Shown piece by piece: positions 32,290 through 45,241 of a stretch of 64,000 nucleotides of DNA; position 1 is the stretch's first letter; each line of letters starts with the position of its first letter. The DNA is taken from assembly GCA_965228475.1 (NCBI GenBank), contig OZ245817.1:1632001-1696000 (forward strand), read 5' to 3'. The position numbers were made by a program, and so were the translations under genes. The notes under the pieces were generated by a model, which ran no database searches, was not told where the DNA came from, and saw only the letters and a list, made by a program, of their open reading frames with translations. The DNA comes from Myxococcota bacterium. Its GTDB lineage: Bacteria; Myxococcota_A; UBA9160; JAFDDA01.

Positions 32290-34088
32290 TCGATCCGTCC
32301 CGCATACGGAACTTCTGCATCATCGCGCACATCGACCACGGGAAGAGCACCCTGGCCGACCGCATGCTCGACGTGACGCAGTCCCTCGCCGAGCGCGAGC
32401 GGCGCGCGCAGTTCCTCGACAAGATGGACATCGAGCGCGAGCGGGGCATCACGATCAAGGCCCAGACCGTGCGCATGACGCACCGCGGGCCGGACGGCGA
32501 GGACTACGTCCTCAACCTGATCGACACGCCGGGCCACGTCGACTTCTCCTACGAGGTCTCGCGCGCCCTCCAGGCCTGCGAAGGCGCCGTGCTGGTGGTG
32601 GACGCGGCCCAGGGCATCGAGGCCCAGACCCTGGCGAACGCCTACCTCGCGATCGACGCGAACCTCGAGATCATCCCGGTCGTGAACAAGATCGACCTGC
32701 CCGCTGCGGATCCGGACCGCGTCGCCCAGGAGGTGGAGGACGTCGTCGGCCTTCCCGCCGAAGAGGTGATCCCGATCTCCGCGAAGGAAGGGAAGGGCGT
32801 CCCCGAGGTGCTCGACCGCATCGTCGAGGTCGTTCCGCCGCCGCGCGGGAACCCGGAGGGCGCCACGCGGGCCCTGGTCTTCGACGCGTGGTTCGACCCC
32901 TACGTCGGCGCTGCCATGCTCGTGCGCGTCGTCGACGGCAGCCTCTCGCGCCGGGAGCGGATCCTCCTGATGGCCGAGGGCACCGAGCACGAGATCACCG
33001 AGCTCGACCTGATCGACCCGCACCCGCGCAAGGTCGAGACGCTCCATGCCGGCGACGTCGGCGTGGTGATCGCCGGGCTGAAGACCCTCGACGAGGTCAG
33101 CGTCGGCGACACGGTCACCTGCGTGGCGGAGCCCGCTGCCGAGGCGCTGCCCGGCTTCCAGGAAGTGAAGCCCATGGTGTTCTCGGGCCTCTACCCGGTG
33201 AACGCCGAGGACTACGAAGACCTGAAGACGGCGCTCGAGAAGCTCCGGCTGAACGACTCGTCCTTCGTCTGGGAGCCCGAGACCAGCGCCGCGCTCGGCT
33301 TCGGCTTCCGCTGCGGCTTCCTCGGCATGCTGCACTGCGAGATCATCCAGGAGCGTCTCGAGCGCGAGTACGACCTCGACCTCATCACGACCTCGCCGAC
33401 GGTGCGCTACCGCGTGCTGCGGAAGGAGGGAGAGGTCCTCGAGATCGAGAGCCCGGCCGCGCTGCCGCCGACCCAGGACATCGACAAGATCGAAGAGCCG
33501 ATGATCCTCGCGACGATCCACGTGCCGTCCGAGTACGTGGGGGGCGTGCTGCAGCTCTGTCAGGACCGGCGCGGCATCCAGAAGGACATGTCGGTCCACG
33601 GCGCCCGGGTCCAGGTGCGCTACGAGATCCCGCTCTCCGAGGTCGTGCTCGACTTCCACGATCGCCTGAAGACGGTGACGCGCGGCTACGGCTCCCTCGA
33701 CTACGAACTCACCGGCTACCGCGCCGCGGATCTCGTGAAGCTCGACGTGATGGTGAACGGCGATGCGGTCGACGCCCTCTCGCTGATCGTCCACCGGGAG
33801 AAGGCCCAGTACCGCGGCGCCGAGCTGGCCCGCAAGCTCAAGGAGTTCATCCCGCGCCAGATGTACGAGGTCGCGATCCAGGCGGCGATCGGGACGCGCG
33901 TGATCGCCCGAACCACGGTGAAGGCGCTGCGGAAGAACGTCACCGCCAAGTGCTACGGCGGCGACATCACCCGCAAGCGGAAGCTTCTCGAGAAGCAGAA
34001 GGAAGGCAAGCGCCGGATGAAGCGCGTCGGATCGGTCGAGATCCCCCAAGAGGCGTTCCTCGCGGCGCTCAAGCTGGGCGACGAGTGA
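32286..34088 (+). CDS. lepA: Elongation factor 4 (LepA)
   Basis: GTGA overlap; [52 protein letters not shown]. Confidence 0.98.
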   Translation: MIDPSRIRNFCIIAHIDHGKSTLADRMLDVTQSLAERERRAQFLDKMDIERERGITIKAQTVRMTHRGPDGEDYVLNLIDTPGHVDFSYEVSRALQACEGAVLVVDAAQGIEAQTLANAYLAIDANLEIIPVVNKIDLPAADPDRVAQEVEDVVGLPAEEVIPISAKEGKGVPEVLDRIVEVVPPPRGNPEGATRALVFDAWFDPYVGAAMLVRVVDGSLSRRERILLMAEGTEHEITELDLIDPHPRKVETLHAGDVGVVIAGLKTLDEVSVGDTVTCVAEPAAEALPGFQEVKPMVFSGLYPVNAEDYEDLKTALEKLRLNDSSFVWEPETSAALGFGFRCGFLGMLHCEIIQERLEREYDLDLITTSPTVRYRVLRKEGEVLEIESPAALPPTQDIDKIEEPMILATIHVPSEYVGGVLQLCQDRRGIQKDMSVHGARVQVRYEIPLSEVVLDFHDRLKTVTRGYGSLDYELTGYRAADLVKLDVMVNGDAVDALSLIVHREKAQYRGAELARKLKEFIPRQMYEVAIQAAIGTRVIARTTVKALRKNVTAKCYGGDITRKRKLLEKQKEGKRRMKRVGSVEIPQEAFLAALKLGDE

Positions 34089-34966
34089 GCGGCGAAACTC
34101 CGCCGGACGAGAGCGCTCCGAAGCCGAGCGCCGCCGCCGAGTTCTGGGATCAGTTCGGCTCGCTGCTCGTGGCCGTGGCCCTCGCCCTCGGCGTGCGGGG
34201 CTTCATCGTCGAGCCCTTCCGCATCCCCTCGGAATCCATGCTGCCGACGCTCCTGGTCGGCGACCACCTCTTCGTGAACAAGTTCGCCTACGGCCCGCGC
34301 CTGCCGTTCGCGGAATCGCGCCTGCCGGGCCTGCGCGAGCCCGAGCGCGGCGACGTCGTCGTCTTCACCGTGGCGCGTGATCCACGGGACCCGGCGCGTA
34401 TCTGCCCGGTCGACCGCTGCCCGGGCCTGCCGACCGAGGAGTTCGTGAAGCGCATCGTGGGCATGCCCGGGGACACCGTCGCCGTCGCGGCCGACGGCAC
34501 GGTCCGCATCAACGGCGAACCCTTCGAGAACGACCTGCCGGGCACGTCCTTCGAGAACGGTGCGGGGACGCCCCTGGCCCTGCGCACCGAGCGCAACGGC
34601 CGCTGCGGCTACGAAACCCTCGACGACCGCCGCATGCAGGCCTCGCCGCGCGAGTTCCGCGTCGAAGCGGGGCGCTACTTCATGATGGGCGACAACCGCG
34701 ACCACTCGAACGACTCCCGCTTCTGGGGGACGGTGCGCGCCGAGGAGTTCAAGGGCCCGGCCCTGATCCTCTACTGGTCCTGGGCCTATAACGACGGTTG
34801 GCTCCCACTGTTGAACCCGCTCACCTGGTGGAAGTCGGAGAAGCGCTGGGACCGCATGGGCGACTCGCTCCGCTGCGTCGAGGAGCCCCCCGGAACGGCC
34901 TCCGCGGCCGGGGGCGGTGCGGCGGCTCGGCCCAGCGGGAGCCCGGCCCGAGCGCCCGCAGCCTGA
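34085..34966 (+). CDS. lepB: Signal peptidase I
   Basis: [10 protein letters not shown] (catalytic Ser), FVKRIVG (catalytic Lys), [18 protein letters not shown]; follows lepA. Confidence 0.96.
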   Translation: MSGETPPDESAPKPSAAAEFWDQFGSLLVAVALALGVRGFIVEPFRIPSESMLPTLLVGDHLFVNKFAYGPRLPFAESRLPGLREPERGDVVVFTVARDPRDPARICPVDRCPGLPTEEFVKRIVGMPGDTVAVAADGTVRINGEPFENDLPGTSFENGAGTPLALRTERNGRCGYETLDDRRMQASPREFRVEAGRYFMMGDNRDHSNDSRFWGTVRAEEFKGPALILYWSWAYNDGWLPLLNPLTWWKSEKRWDRMGDSLRCVEEPPGTASAAGGGAAARPSGSPARAPAA

Positions 34967-34967
34967 A

Positions 34968-34995
34968 TTGACCGGGCCGCCGCCCGGGCTATGCT
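34968..34995 (+). promoter_or_regulatory. Sigma70-type promoter of the pyr operon
   Basis: TTGACC (34968-34973), 16-nt spacer, TATGCT (34990-34995). Confidence 0.7.
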
Positions 34996-35017
34996 TGGCC
35001 CATCGCGAATACGCGTT

Positions 35018-35050
35018 CCTTTTAATTCCGTCCCGTGAGGCGGAGAAAGG
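35018..35050 (+). promoter_or_regulatory. PyrR-binding RNA hairpin overlapping the pyrR SD
   Basis: CCTTTTAATTCCGTCCCGTGAGGCGGAGAAAGG resembles the PyrR site consensus (CUUUAA...UCCNGNGAGG...AAAGG) and lies directly before pyrR. Confidence 0.85.
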
Positions 35051-35059
35051 TGCGACTCC

Positions 35060-35710
35060 TTGGGCGACGACCCCCGCGGCCTCCCGGCCGACCCCGCACA
35101 CGCGGCCGAATCCAAACGAGCGGGCTCTTCTCCGCAGACGGGTTCGATCCTTCCCGACGACGAACGCATCGTCCTCGACGACGCCGCCATCCGGCGCGCG
35201 CTGACCCGCATCTCGCACGAGCTGATCGAGCGCAACCCGGACCCGAGCGCCCTCTATCTGGTGGCCGTGCCCAACGGCGGCATCCCGCTGGCCCGCCGCC
35301 TCGCCCGGAACCTCCGTGAGATCGCGGATCTCGAGGTGCCCATGGGCATCCTCGACACCACGCTCTACCGCGACGACCTCATGAGCCGCGCGGCGCGCCC
35401 GCGTCTGCGGCGCACGGAGATGCCCTCCGCCGTGGACGACCGCATCGTCGTGCTCGTCGACGACGTCGCCTTCACGGGCCGGACGGTCCGCGCAGCCATG
35501 GACGCGCTCATCGACTTCGGGCGCCCGAAGATCGTGCAGGTCGTGGCGCTCGTGGACCGCGGCCACCGCGAGCTGCCGATCAAGATCGACTACGTGGGGA
35601 AGAACATCCCCACGCAGCCCGGTGACGACGTCGAACTCGTGGGCGACGCGGACGGCAACGGGCCGCTGTGCATCGTGCACCACCCCGAGGCTCGGAGGGT
35701 TCCCGCATGA
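35060..35710 (+). CDS. pyrR: Bifunctional pyr regulator / uracil phosphoribosyltransferase
   Basis: RALTRISHELIERN, LYRDDL, VLVDDV...GRTVRAAMDAL, VDRGHRELPI; TTG start. Confidence 0.95.
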   Translation: MGDDPRGLPADPAHAAESKRAGSSPQTGSILPDDERIVLDDAAIRRALTRISHELIERNPDPSALYLVAVPNGGIPLARRLARNLREIADLEVPMGILDTTLYRDDLMSRAARPRLRRTEMPSAVDDRIVVLVDDVAFTGRTVRAAMDALIDFGRPKIVQVVALVDRGHRELPIKIDYVGKNIPTQPGDDVELVGDADGNGPLCIVHHPEARRVPA

Positions 35711-36651
35711 TTGGGAAAGACCTGCTCTGCATCTCGGACCTGAGCCGCGAGGAGATCGAGACGATCCTCGAAACGGCACAGCACATGAAGGAAGTGGGCG
35801 AGCGCGACGTGAAGAAGGTGCCGACCCTGCGCGGGCGCACCATCGTGAACCTCTTCTTCGAGTCCTCGACCCGCACCCTCACCAGTTTCGAGATCGCGGG
35901 AAAGCGCCTCTCGGCCGACGTCGTGAACTTCTCGCCGAAGAACTCGAGCCTCTCGAAGCGCGAGAGCATCCTCGACACCGCCCGGACGATCGATGCCATG
36001 GACCCGGACGCCGTGATCGTGCGCCACGACGTCGGCGGCGTGCCCAAGCGCATGGCCGACGTGCTCGATGCGCCGGTCTTGAACGCCGGCGACGGCGCCC
36101 ACGCCCACCCGACCCAGGCGCTCCTCGACCTCTTCACGGTGCAGGCCGAGAAGGGGCAGATCGACGGGCTCACGGTGGCGATCGTCGGCGACATCGCCCA
36201 CAGCCGGGTGGCGCGTTCGGACATCGCGGCCTTCCAGAAGATGGGGGCCGAGGTTCGCGTCGCGGCGCCCCCGACGATGATCCCGAGCCACGTCGAGACG
36301 CTTGGCGTGAAGGCCTACACCTCGCTGCGCGAAGCGATCGAGGGCGCCGACGTCGTGATGATGCTGCGCATCCAGCTCGAGCGGATGCAGGGGGCGCTCT
36401 TCCCGAGCGTGCGGGAGTACTCCGCGACCTTCGGCCTCGACCGCGAGAAGCTCCGCTACGCCAAGGACGACGCGATCGTGATGCACCCCGGGCCGGTGAA
36501 CCGCGGCGTCGAGCTCTCCCACGATCTCGCGGACGTGCGGCCCTCGGTGATCCTCGACCAGGTGCGCAACGGCGTCGCCCTGCGCATGGCGGTCCTCTAC
36601 CTGATGGCCGGGCGGGCGAGCCGGGTCGGTGCGGCTGGAGGAGCCTCGTGA
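35707..36651 (+). CDS. pyrB: Aspartate carbamoyltransferase catalytic subunit
   Basis: FFESSTRT, NAGDGAHAHPTQALLD, MHPGPVNRGVE; ATGA overlap with pyrR. Confidence 0.97.
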   Translation: MIGKDLLCISDLSREEIETILETAQHMKEVGERDVKKVPTLRGRTIVNLFFESSTRTLTSFEIAGKRLSADVVNFSPKNSSLSKRESILDTARTIDAMDPDAVIVRHDVGGVPKRMADVLDAPVLNAGDGAHAHPTQALLDLFTVQAEKGQIDGLTVAIVGDIAHSRVARSDIAAFQKMGAEVRVAAPPTMIPSHVETLGVKAYTSLREAIEGADVVMMLRIQLERMQGALFPSVREYSATFGLDREKLRYAKDDAIVMHPGPVNRGVELSHDLADVRPSVILDQVRNGVALRMAVLYLMAGRASRVGAAGGAS

Positions 36652-37952
36652 CCGGCAGCGGGAAGACGCTCCTGCGGGGCGGGCGGGTCCTCGACCCGGC
36701 CTCGGGCCACGACGCCATCGCCGACGTGCTCTTCGAGTACGGCCGCATCCTGGCCGTCGGCGACGATCTCGACGCCACGGATGCGGAGATCGTCGACGTG
36801 TCGGGCGCCTGGGTCGCGCCGGCCTTCATCGATCTGCACGTCCACTTCCGTGAGCCCGGCCAGGAGTACAAGGAAGACATCGCTTCCGGCGGCCGCGCGG
36901 CCGTTGCCGGCGGCTTCGGGACCGTGGCGTGCATGGCGAACACCGAGCCGGTGAACGACGACCCCTCGGTGACGGACTTCATCATGGATCGCGCGCGCCA
37001 GGACTCCCCGGCGCGCGTGCTCCCGATCGCCGCGGCGACCCAGGGCCTCGCCGGCGAGGTGATGACCGAGATGTCCGCGCTGATCGAGGCGGGCGCCGTC
37101 GCCTTCAGCGACGACGGCAAGACGATCATGGACAGCGGCGTGGCCCGGCGCGTGTTCGAGTACTCGACCCTCGTCGGCGCTCCGGTGATCGTCCACGCGG
37201 AGGACTGCGGGCTCGTGGGGGAGGGCGTCGTCAACGAGGGCGCCGTTTCGACCCGGCTCGGCCTCCCCGGGAACCCCGCCCTGGCCGAGGCGGTCCACGT
37301 CTCGCGCGACATCCAGCTCGCGGAGCTCACCGGGGCCCACGTGCACGTCGCCCACGTCTCGACCGCCCAGGCCGTCGAGACCATCCGCCGTGCGCGCGAG
37401 CGCGGCGTCCACGTGACGGCCGAGGTGACGCCGCACCACCTGGCGCTGACCGACGAAGCCGTCCTCGGCTACGACACGAACACGAAGATGGCGCCGCCCC
37501 TGCGCACCCAGACCGACGTCGACGCCTGCCGCGCGGGCCTGGCGGACGGGACGATCGACGCCATCGCCACGGACCACGCTCCCCACGCCCTCCACGAGAA
37601 GGAGGTCGACTTCCGCGAGGCCCCGAACGGGATCATCGGCCTCGAGACCGCACTGCCGGTGGTCCTCGATCTCGTGCGGACCGGTACGATCTCCCCGCTC
37701 GATCTCGTCGCCCGCCTGACCGTGGGCCCGGCCCGGGTCCTCGGGCGAGAGGGTGGAGCGCTGGCCGTCGGCGCCCTGGCGGACGTCGTCGTCTTCGACC
37801 CCGAACGCCGCTGGACCTATGAGCCCACCAAGGGCTGGTCGAAGAGCCGGAACTCCCCGTGGGCGGGCCAGGAACTCACGGGCCGCCCCTTGCGAACCTA
37901 CGTGGAAGGCCGTCTCGTCTACGACGTCGAGCGCGGCGTCCTGGCCCCTTGA
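36648..37952 (+). CDS. pyrC: Dihydroorotase (type I, long form)
   Basis: IDLHVHFREPG, MANT, AEVTPHHL, KMAPPLR, ATDHAPH; GTGA overlap with pyrB. Confidence 0.95.
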   Translation: MTGSGKTLLRGGRVLDPASGHDAIADVLFEYGRILAVGDDLDATDAEIVDVSGAWVAPAFIDLHVHFREPGQEYKEDIASGGRAAVAGGFGTVACMANTEPVNDDPSVTDFIMDRARQDSPARVLPIAAATQGLAGEVMTEMSALIEAGAVAFSDDGKTIMDSGVARRVFEYSTLVGAPVIVHAEDCGLVGEGVVNEGAVSTRLGLPGNPALAEAVHVSRDIQLAELTGAHVHVAHVSTAQAVETIRRARERGVHVTAEVTPHHLALTDEAVLGYDTNTKMAPPLRTQTDVDACRAGLADGTIDAIATDHAPHALHEKEVDFREAPNGIIGLETALPVVLDLVRTGTISPLDLVARLTVGPARVLGREGGALAVGALADVVVFDPERRWTYEPTKGWSKSRNSPWAGQELTGRPLRTYVEGRLVYDVERGVLAP

Positions 37953-37974
37953 ACCTTGACCCTCGAACCTTTTT
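37947..37974. repeat. Degenerate 7-bp tandem repeat overlapping the pyrC stop
   Basis: CCTTGAA CCTTGAC CCTCGAA CCTTTTT. Confidence 0.55.
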
Positions 37975-37998
37975 CCAAACCGACCGGAGCTCCCGCGC

Positions 37999-39204
37999 GT
38001 GACCTTTGACCTCTCGACCCCCAAACCCGCCGCTCTCGCGCTTGCCGACGGCACCGTCTACCGAGGCACGGCTTTCGGTGCCTCGGCCGTCGCGGCCGGC
38101 GAAGTCTGTTTCAACACGAGCCTCACCGGCTATCAGGAGATCCTCAGCGATCCGTCCTACGCCGGGCAGATCGTGACGATGACCTGCACCCAGATCGGGA
38201 ACGTCGGGACGACGCCCGAGGACGACGAGGCGGAAGCCCCGTTCCTGCGTGCCTTCATCGTGAAGGAGCACTTCGAGCCGCCTTCGAACTGGCGCTCGCG
38301 CGAGACGCTCGGTGCGTTCCTCACCCGCCACGGGATCCCCGGCCTGGCCGGCATCGACACCCGCGCACTCGTGCGTCGCATCCGCGACCACGGTTTCCAG
38401 AACGGCGTGGTCTCGACCGACCCGGCCGCCCAGGACGAGGCGGACCTCGTCGCCCGGGCGAAGGCGGCGCCGGCCCTCGACGCCCAGGACCTCGTCGCCA
38501 CCGTCACCACCGGAGAGAACTACGAGTGGAAGGACGGCCTCTGGCCCGGGATCGACGGCGGCCTCCCGCGCCCGGAGCGGCCCGGCCCCTCCCGCCGGCT
38601 GGTCGTCTACGACTTCGGCGTGAAGCGCAACATCCTCCGCCACCTGGTCGAGCAGGGCTTCGACGTCACCGTCGTGCCGGCGAAGACCTCCGCGGCGGAC
38701 GCCCTGGCCCTCGAGCCGGACGCCGTCTTCCTCTCGAACGGCCCGGGCGATCCGGCCGCCGTCGAAGGCGTGCTCGACAACGTCCGGGAGCTGGCCGAGA
38801 GCAAGCCGCTCTTCGGCATCTGCCTCGGGCACCAGATTCTCGGCCTCGCCCTCGGTGGCCGGACCACCAAGCTGAAGTTCGGCCACCACGGTGGCAATCA
38901 GCCCGGCCAGGATCTGGCGACCCGGAAGGTGGCGATCTGCGCCGAGAACCATGGCTACGCGGTCGAGGCGGAGTCCCTGCGCGAAGCCGGTCAGCCCATC
39001 GAGGTCACCCACATCAACCTGAACGACGACGTCGTCGAGGGGCTGGCCCACGCCGAGAAGCCGATCTTCAGCGTGCAGTACCACCCCGAGGCGTCCCCCG
39101 GGCCCCACGACGCGGCCTACTTCTTTTCACGCTTCCGGCGCATGGTGGACCTCCATGCCTCGGGAGAACCCGTCACCGGCGCCGCCGTGGCGAAGGGAGC
39201 CTGA
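37999..39204 (+). CDS. carA: Carbamoyl-phosphate synthase small subunit
   Basis: [30 protein letters not shown] (catalytic Cys), [14 protein letters not shown]. Confidence 0.97.
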   Translation: MTFDLSTPKPAALALADGTVYRGTAFGASAVAAGEVCFNTSLTGYQEILSDPSYAGQIVTMTCTQIGNVGTTPEDDEAEAPFLRAFIVKEHFEPPSNWRSRETLGAFLTRHGIPGLAGIDTRALVRRIRDHGFQNGVVSTDPAAQDEADLVARAKAAPALDAQDLVATVTTGENYEWKDGLWPGIDGGLPRPERPGPSRRLVVYDFGVKRNILRHLVEQGFDVTVVPAKTSAADALALEPDAVFLSNGPGDPAAVEGVLDNVRELAESKPLFGICLGHQILGLALGGRTTKLKFGHHGGNQPGQDLATRKVAICAENHGYAVEAESLREAGQPIEVTHINLNDDVVEGLAHAEKPIFSVQYHPEASPGPHDAAYFFSRFRRMVDLHASGEPVTGAAVAKGA

Positions 39205-39207
39205 CCG

Positions 39208-42422
<3,215 letters not shown>

Positions 42423-42429
<7 letters not shown>

Positions 42430-42466
42430 CGGCGGCCAGGGCTGACGGCGACCCGGGCTGACGGCG
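42423..42466. repeat. Three copies of GGG(T/C)TGACGGCG at a 16-bp period, overlapping the carB stop
   Basis: Copies at 42423-42434, 42439-42450 and 42455-42466. Confidence 0.8.
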
Positions 42467-42523
42467 GTCGCGCGGCGCAGGGCCGGGCTCTCCTTCTGTT
42501 AGGCTCTCGGCGAGGACCGTTCG

Positions 42524-44950
42524 ATGCCGCGCCAGACCGCAAAGGCTCCGAGCCCTTTCGCGCGCGCCGCGGACGCGCTCGAGCGCGCCCTGTCGGCACC
42601 CGCCGGGGACGCTGACTCCGGCCCGATCGCCGCCGCCGCGCGCGGTGCGCGCGCCCTCGCGCTCCCGGCCGACGTCAAGAAGGCGCTCCTCGCGATCCAG
42701 CGCGACTTCGAGCGCTCGCCCGAGGGCGAGGAGCGGCAAGCGGCCCTCGAGCGGGCCCGTGCCGTCGTCGAGCCCTGGCTCGATCCGGCCTTCGCCGAGG
42801 CGGCCCTCGCGCGCCCGGTCTCGACCCTGCCGGGCGTCGGCGCCAAGCGCGCCGACTCGCTCGCACGGCGGGGTCTGCGCAGCGTTGCGCACCTGCTCTT
42901 CCATCTACCGACCCGTTTCGACGATCGCCGGGCGCTCACGCGCATCGAGGAGATCGAGGTCGGCCGCCGGGCGACCTTCGTCGGCCGGGTGCTCGCGACG
43001 GAGTCCGGCGGCTCGCGGACGCGCGGCGGCCGCTACCGGCCCACGTTCAAGGCCCAGCTCGGCGACGACGAGGGTGGTCGCGTGCTGCTGCGCTGGTTCC
43101 ACAGCGTCGATCAGATGCGCGACACGGTCCGCAAGGGCGCCGTCTTCCTCGTGACGGGCGACGTGAAGCGCTACCGCTTCGACAAGGAGATCGTCCACCC
43201 CGAACTCGAGCGGCTGCCGGCGCCCGAAGCGCAGGAAGAGGGCGAGGAAGAGGGGCCCCTGGCCGTCGATCTCGACGCCCTGCGCGCCGTCGTACCGGAC
43301 TACCCCTCGCCCGACGGAATCCCGCCGCGCACGATGCGCGGGCTCGTGCAGCGGGCGGTCGATGCCTACGCGGACCTGGTCGAGAGTCACCTGCCGGAAT
43401 CGCTGACGGCGGAGCGGGAGCTGCCGAGCGTGCCCGACGCCCTCCGCGCGATCCACCAACCGGACGTCGATGCGGATCTCGACGCCCTGCGCGAGCGCGA
43501 CACGCCGGCCTTCGAGCGGCTGATCCTCGAGGAGCTCTACGGGCTCGAGCTCGGGCTGGCCTTGCGGCGGGAGGTCCACGCCCGCGAGCCCGCCCTCGCG
43601 ATTCCGGGCGACGGGCCCCGGACCGACGCCGCGGCGAAGCAGCTTCCCTTCCGGCTCACCCAGGCCCAGCGCCGCTCCTGGGGCGAGATCCGCAGGGACC
43701 TCGCGCGCTCGCATCCGATGAACCGCCTGCTCCAGGGCGACGTCGGGAGCGGCAAGACGGTCGTGGCGTTCCTCGCGGCGGTGGCCACCGCCGAGCACGG
43801 CCGCCAGACGGCGTTGATGGCCCCGACCGAGCTCCTCGCCGAACAGCACGCGCGGACCCTCACGCGGCTCGTGGAGACGTCGGAGGCGGGGTTGCGGGTC
43901 GAGCTGCTCGTCGCCTCGCGGCCGAAGCCCGAACGCCAGGATGTCCTGGCCGCGCTCGGCCGGGGGGAGGTCGACCTCGTGGTCGGCACCCACGCCCTCG
44001 TCCAGGACGCGGTCCGCATTCCGCGCCTCTCCCTGGCCATCGTCGACGAGCAGCACCGCTTCGGCGTGCTCCAGCGCAAGGCGCTGGCCGGCAAGGCCGA
44101 GGACGGCCTCGTGCCCCACACGCTCGTGATGACGGCGACCCCGATCCCCCGCACGCTCGCACTCACCCTCTACGGGGACCTCGACGTCTCGGTGATCGAC
44201 GAGCTTCCCCCGGGAAGGACCGCCGTCACGACCCACGTCCTGCGGGAAGGGGAGGGGCGCCGCGTCGTCGATCAGATCCGCGCCGCCGCCCGGCGCGGCG
44301 AGCAGATCTACGTCGTCTATCCGCTCGTCGAGGAAACGGAGAAGACCGACCTGCGCGCCGCGACCGAGTCGACCGAGAAGATCCGCCGCGCCTTCCCGGA
44401 CCTCACCGTCGACCTCGTCCACGGGCGCCTCGACGCCGCGGCGCGTGGCGAGGCCATGGCCCGCTTCGAGCGCGGCGAAACGGATCTCCTGGTCTCGACG
44501 ACGGTGATCGAGGTCGGCGTCGACGTCCCGCGCGCGACGCTCATGGTGGTCGAACACGCGGAACGCTTCGGCCTGGCGCAGCTGCACCAGCTGCGGGGCC
44601 GGGTGGGCCGGGGCGATCGGCCGGGGACGTGCCTGCTCGTGGCCCGGGGCGTCTCCGACGAGAGCGAGGCCCGCCTCGCCGCCATGCTCGCGACCACCGA
44701 CGGCTTTGCCATCGCCGATGCGGACCTGCGCATCCGCGGCCCGGGCGAGTTCCTCGGGACCCGCCAGCACGGCAAGCTCCCGGACCTCTGGGTGGCGGAT
44801 CTCCTGCGGGACGCGCGCCTGATCTCGACCGCCCGCGAGGCCGCCCTCGAGACGGTCCGCGCCGACCCGGGCCTGCGCGGCGACCCGCGCCTGCTGCGGA
44901 CGGTCGAGCGGCGCTGGGGGGAGCGGCTCTCGCTGATCCGCGTCGGCTAA
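42524..44950 (+). CDS. recG: ATP-dependent DNA helicase RecG
   Basis: RLLQGDVGSGKT, DEQHRFG, MTATPIPRTL, AERFGLAQLHQLRGRVGRG, TDGF...DLRIRGPGE. Confidence 0.97.
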   Translation: MPRQTAKAPSPFARAADALERALSAPAGDADSGPIAAAARGARALALPADVKKALLAIQRDFERSPEGEERQAALERARAVVEPWLDPAFAEAALARPVSTLPGVGAKRADSLARRGLRSVAHLLFHLPTRFDDRRALTRIEEIEVGRRATFVGRVLATESGGSRTRGGRYRPTFKAQLGDDEGGRVLLRWFHSVDQMRDTVRKGAVFLVTGDVKRYRFDKEIVHPELERLPAPEAQEEGEEEGPLAVDLDALRAVVPDYPSPDGIPPRTMRGLVQRAVDAYADLVESHLPESLTAERELPSVPDALRAIHQPDVDADLDALRERDTPAFERLILEELYGLELGLALRREVHAREPALAIPGDGPRTDAAAKQLPFRLTQAQRRSWGEIRRDLARSHPMNRLLQGDVGSGKTVVAFLAAVATAEHGRQTALMAPTELLAEQHARTLTRLVETSEAGLRVELLVASRPKPERQDVLAALGRGEVDLVVGTHALVQDAVRIPRLSLAIVDEQHRFGVLQRKALAGKAEDGLVPHTLVMTATPIPRTLALTLYGDLDVSVIDELPPGRTAVTTHVLREGEGRRVVDQIRAAARRGEQIYVVYPLVEETEKTDLRAATESTEKIRRAFPDLTVDLVHGRLDAAARGEAMARFERGETDLLVSTTVIEVGVDVPRATLMVVEHAERFGLAQLHQLRGRVGRGDRPGTCLLVARGVSDESEARLAAMLATTDGFAIADADLRIRGPGEFLGTRQHGKLPDLWVADLLRDARLISTAREAALETVRADPGLRGDPRLLRTVERRWGERLSLIRVG

Positions 44951-44965
44951 AGCGCCGGGCTCGGC

Positions 44966-44994
44966 TTGACGAAACCGGGGACGTCGCTTACACA
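44966..44994 (+). promoter_or_regulatory. Candidate sigma70 promoter for the leu leader
   Basis: TTGACG (44966-44971), 17-nt spacer, TACACA (weak -10), 10 nt before the leader ATG. Confidence 0.5.
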
Positions 44995-45004
44995 GGACCG
45001 AGTC

Positions 45005-45094
45005 ATGGTGAACCGATTCGCAGCGCAGCTTCCGGGCATGCTTCTCAGCCTGCTCCTCCTTACGGGGGCAGGAGGGGGCGTGTCCGGCCGTTAG
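45005..45094 (+). CDS. Leucine-rich attenuator leader peptide (29 aa)
   Basis: Read by hand: MVNRFAAQLPGMLLSLLLLTGAGGGVSGR*; 6 Leu in 7 codons, upstream of a leuA-like gene. Confidence 0.85.
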   Translation: MVNRFAAQLPGMLLSLLLLTGAGGGVSGR

Positions 45095-45119
45095 CGAGCC
45101 ATCGATTTCACCGGAACCA

Positions 45120-45162
45120 CACGAAACCCTCTCCTGCCGAGCCGGCCGGAGGGGGTTTCGTG
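45120..45162 (+). terminator. Attenuator (3:4) hairpin of the leu leader
   Basis: CACGAAACCCTCTCC...GGAGGGGGTTTCGTG; its 5' arm can alternatively pair with the leader segment GGCAGGAGGGGG. Confidence 0.8.
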
Positions 45163-45241
45163 CATCGGGGGTAGGACACGGCTGGGCCGCGGCTCGGCTC
45201 CTCGGCACGGCCCGACCGGAGGCTCGGCCGAGGTCGAGAAC

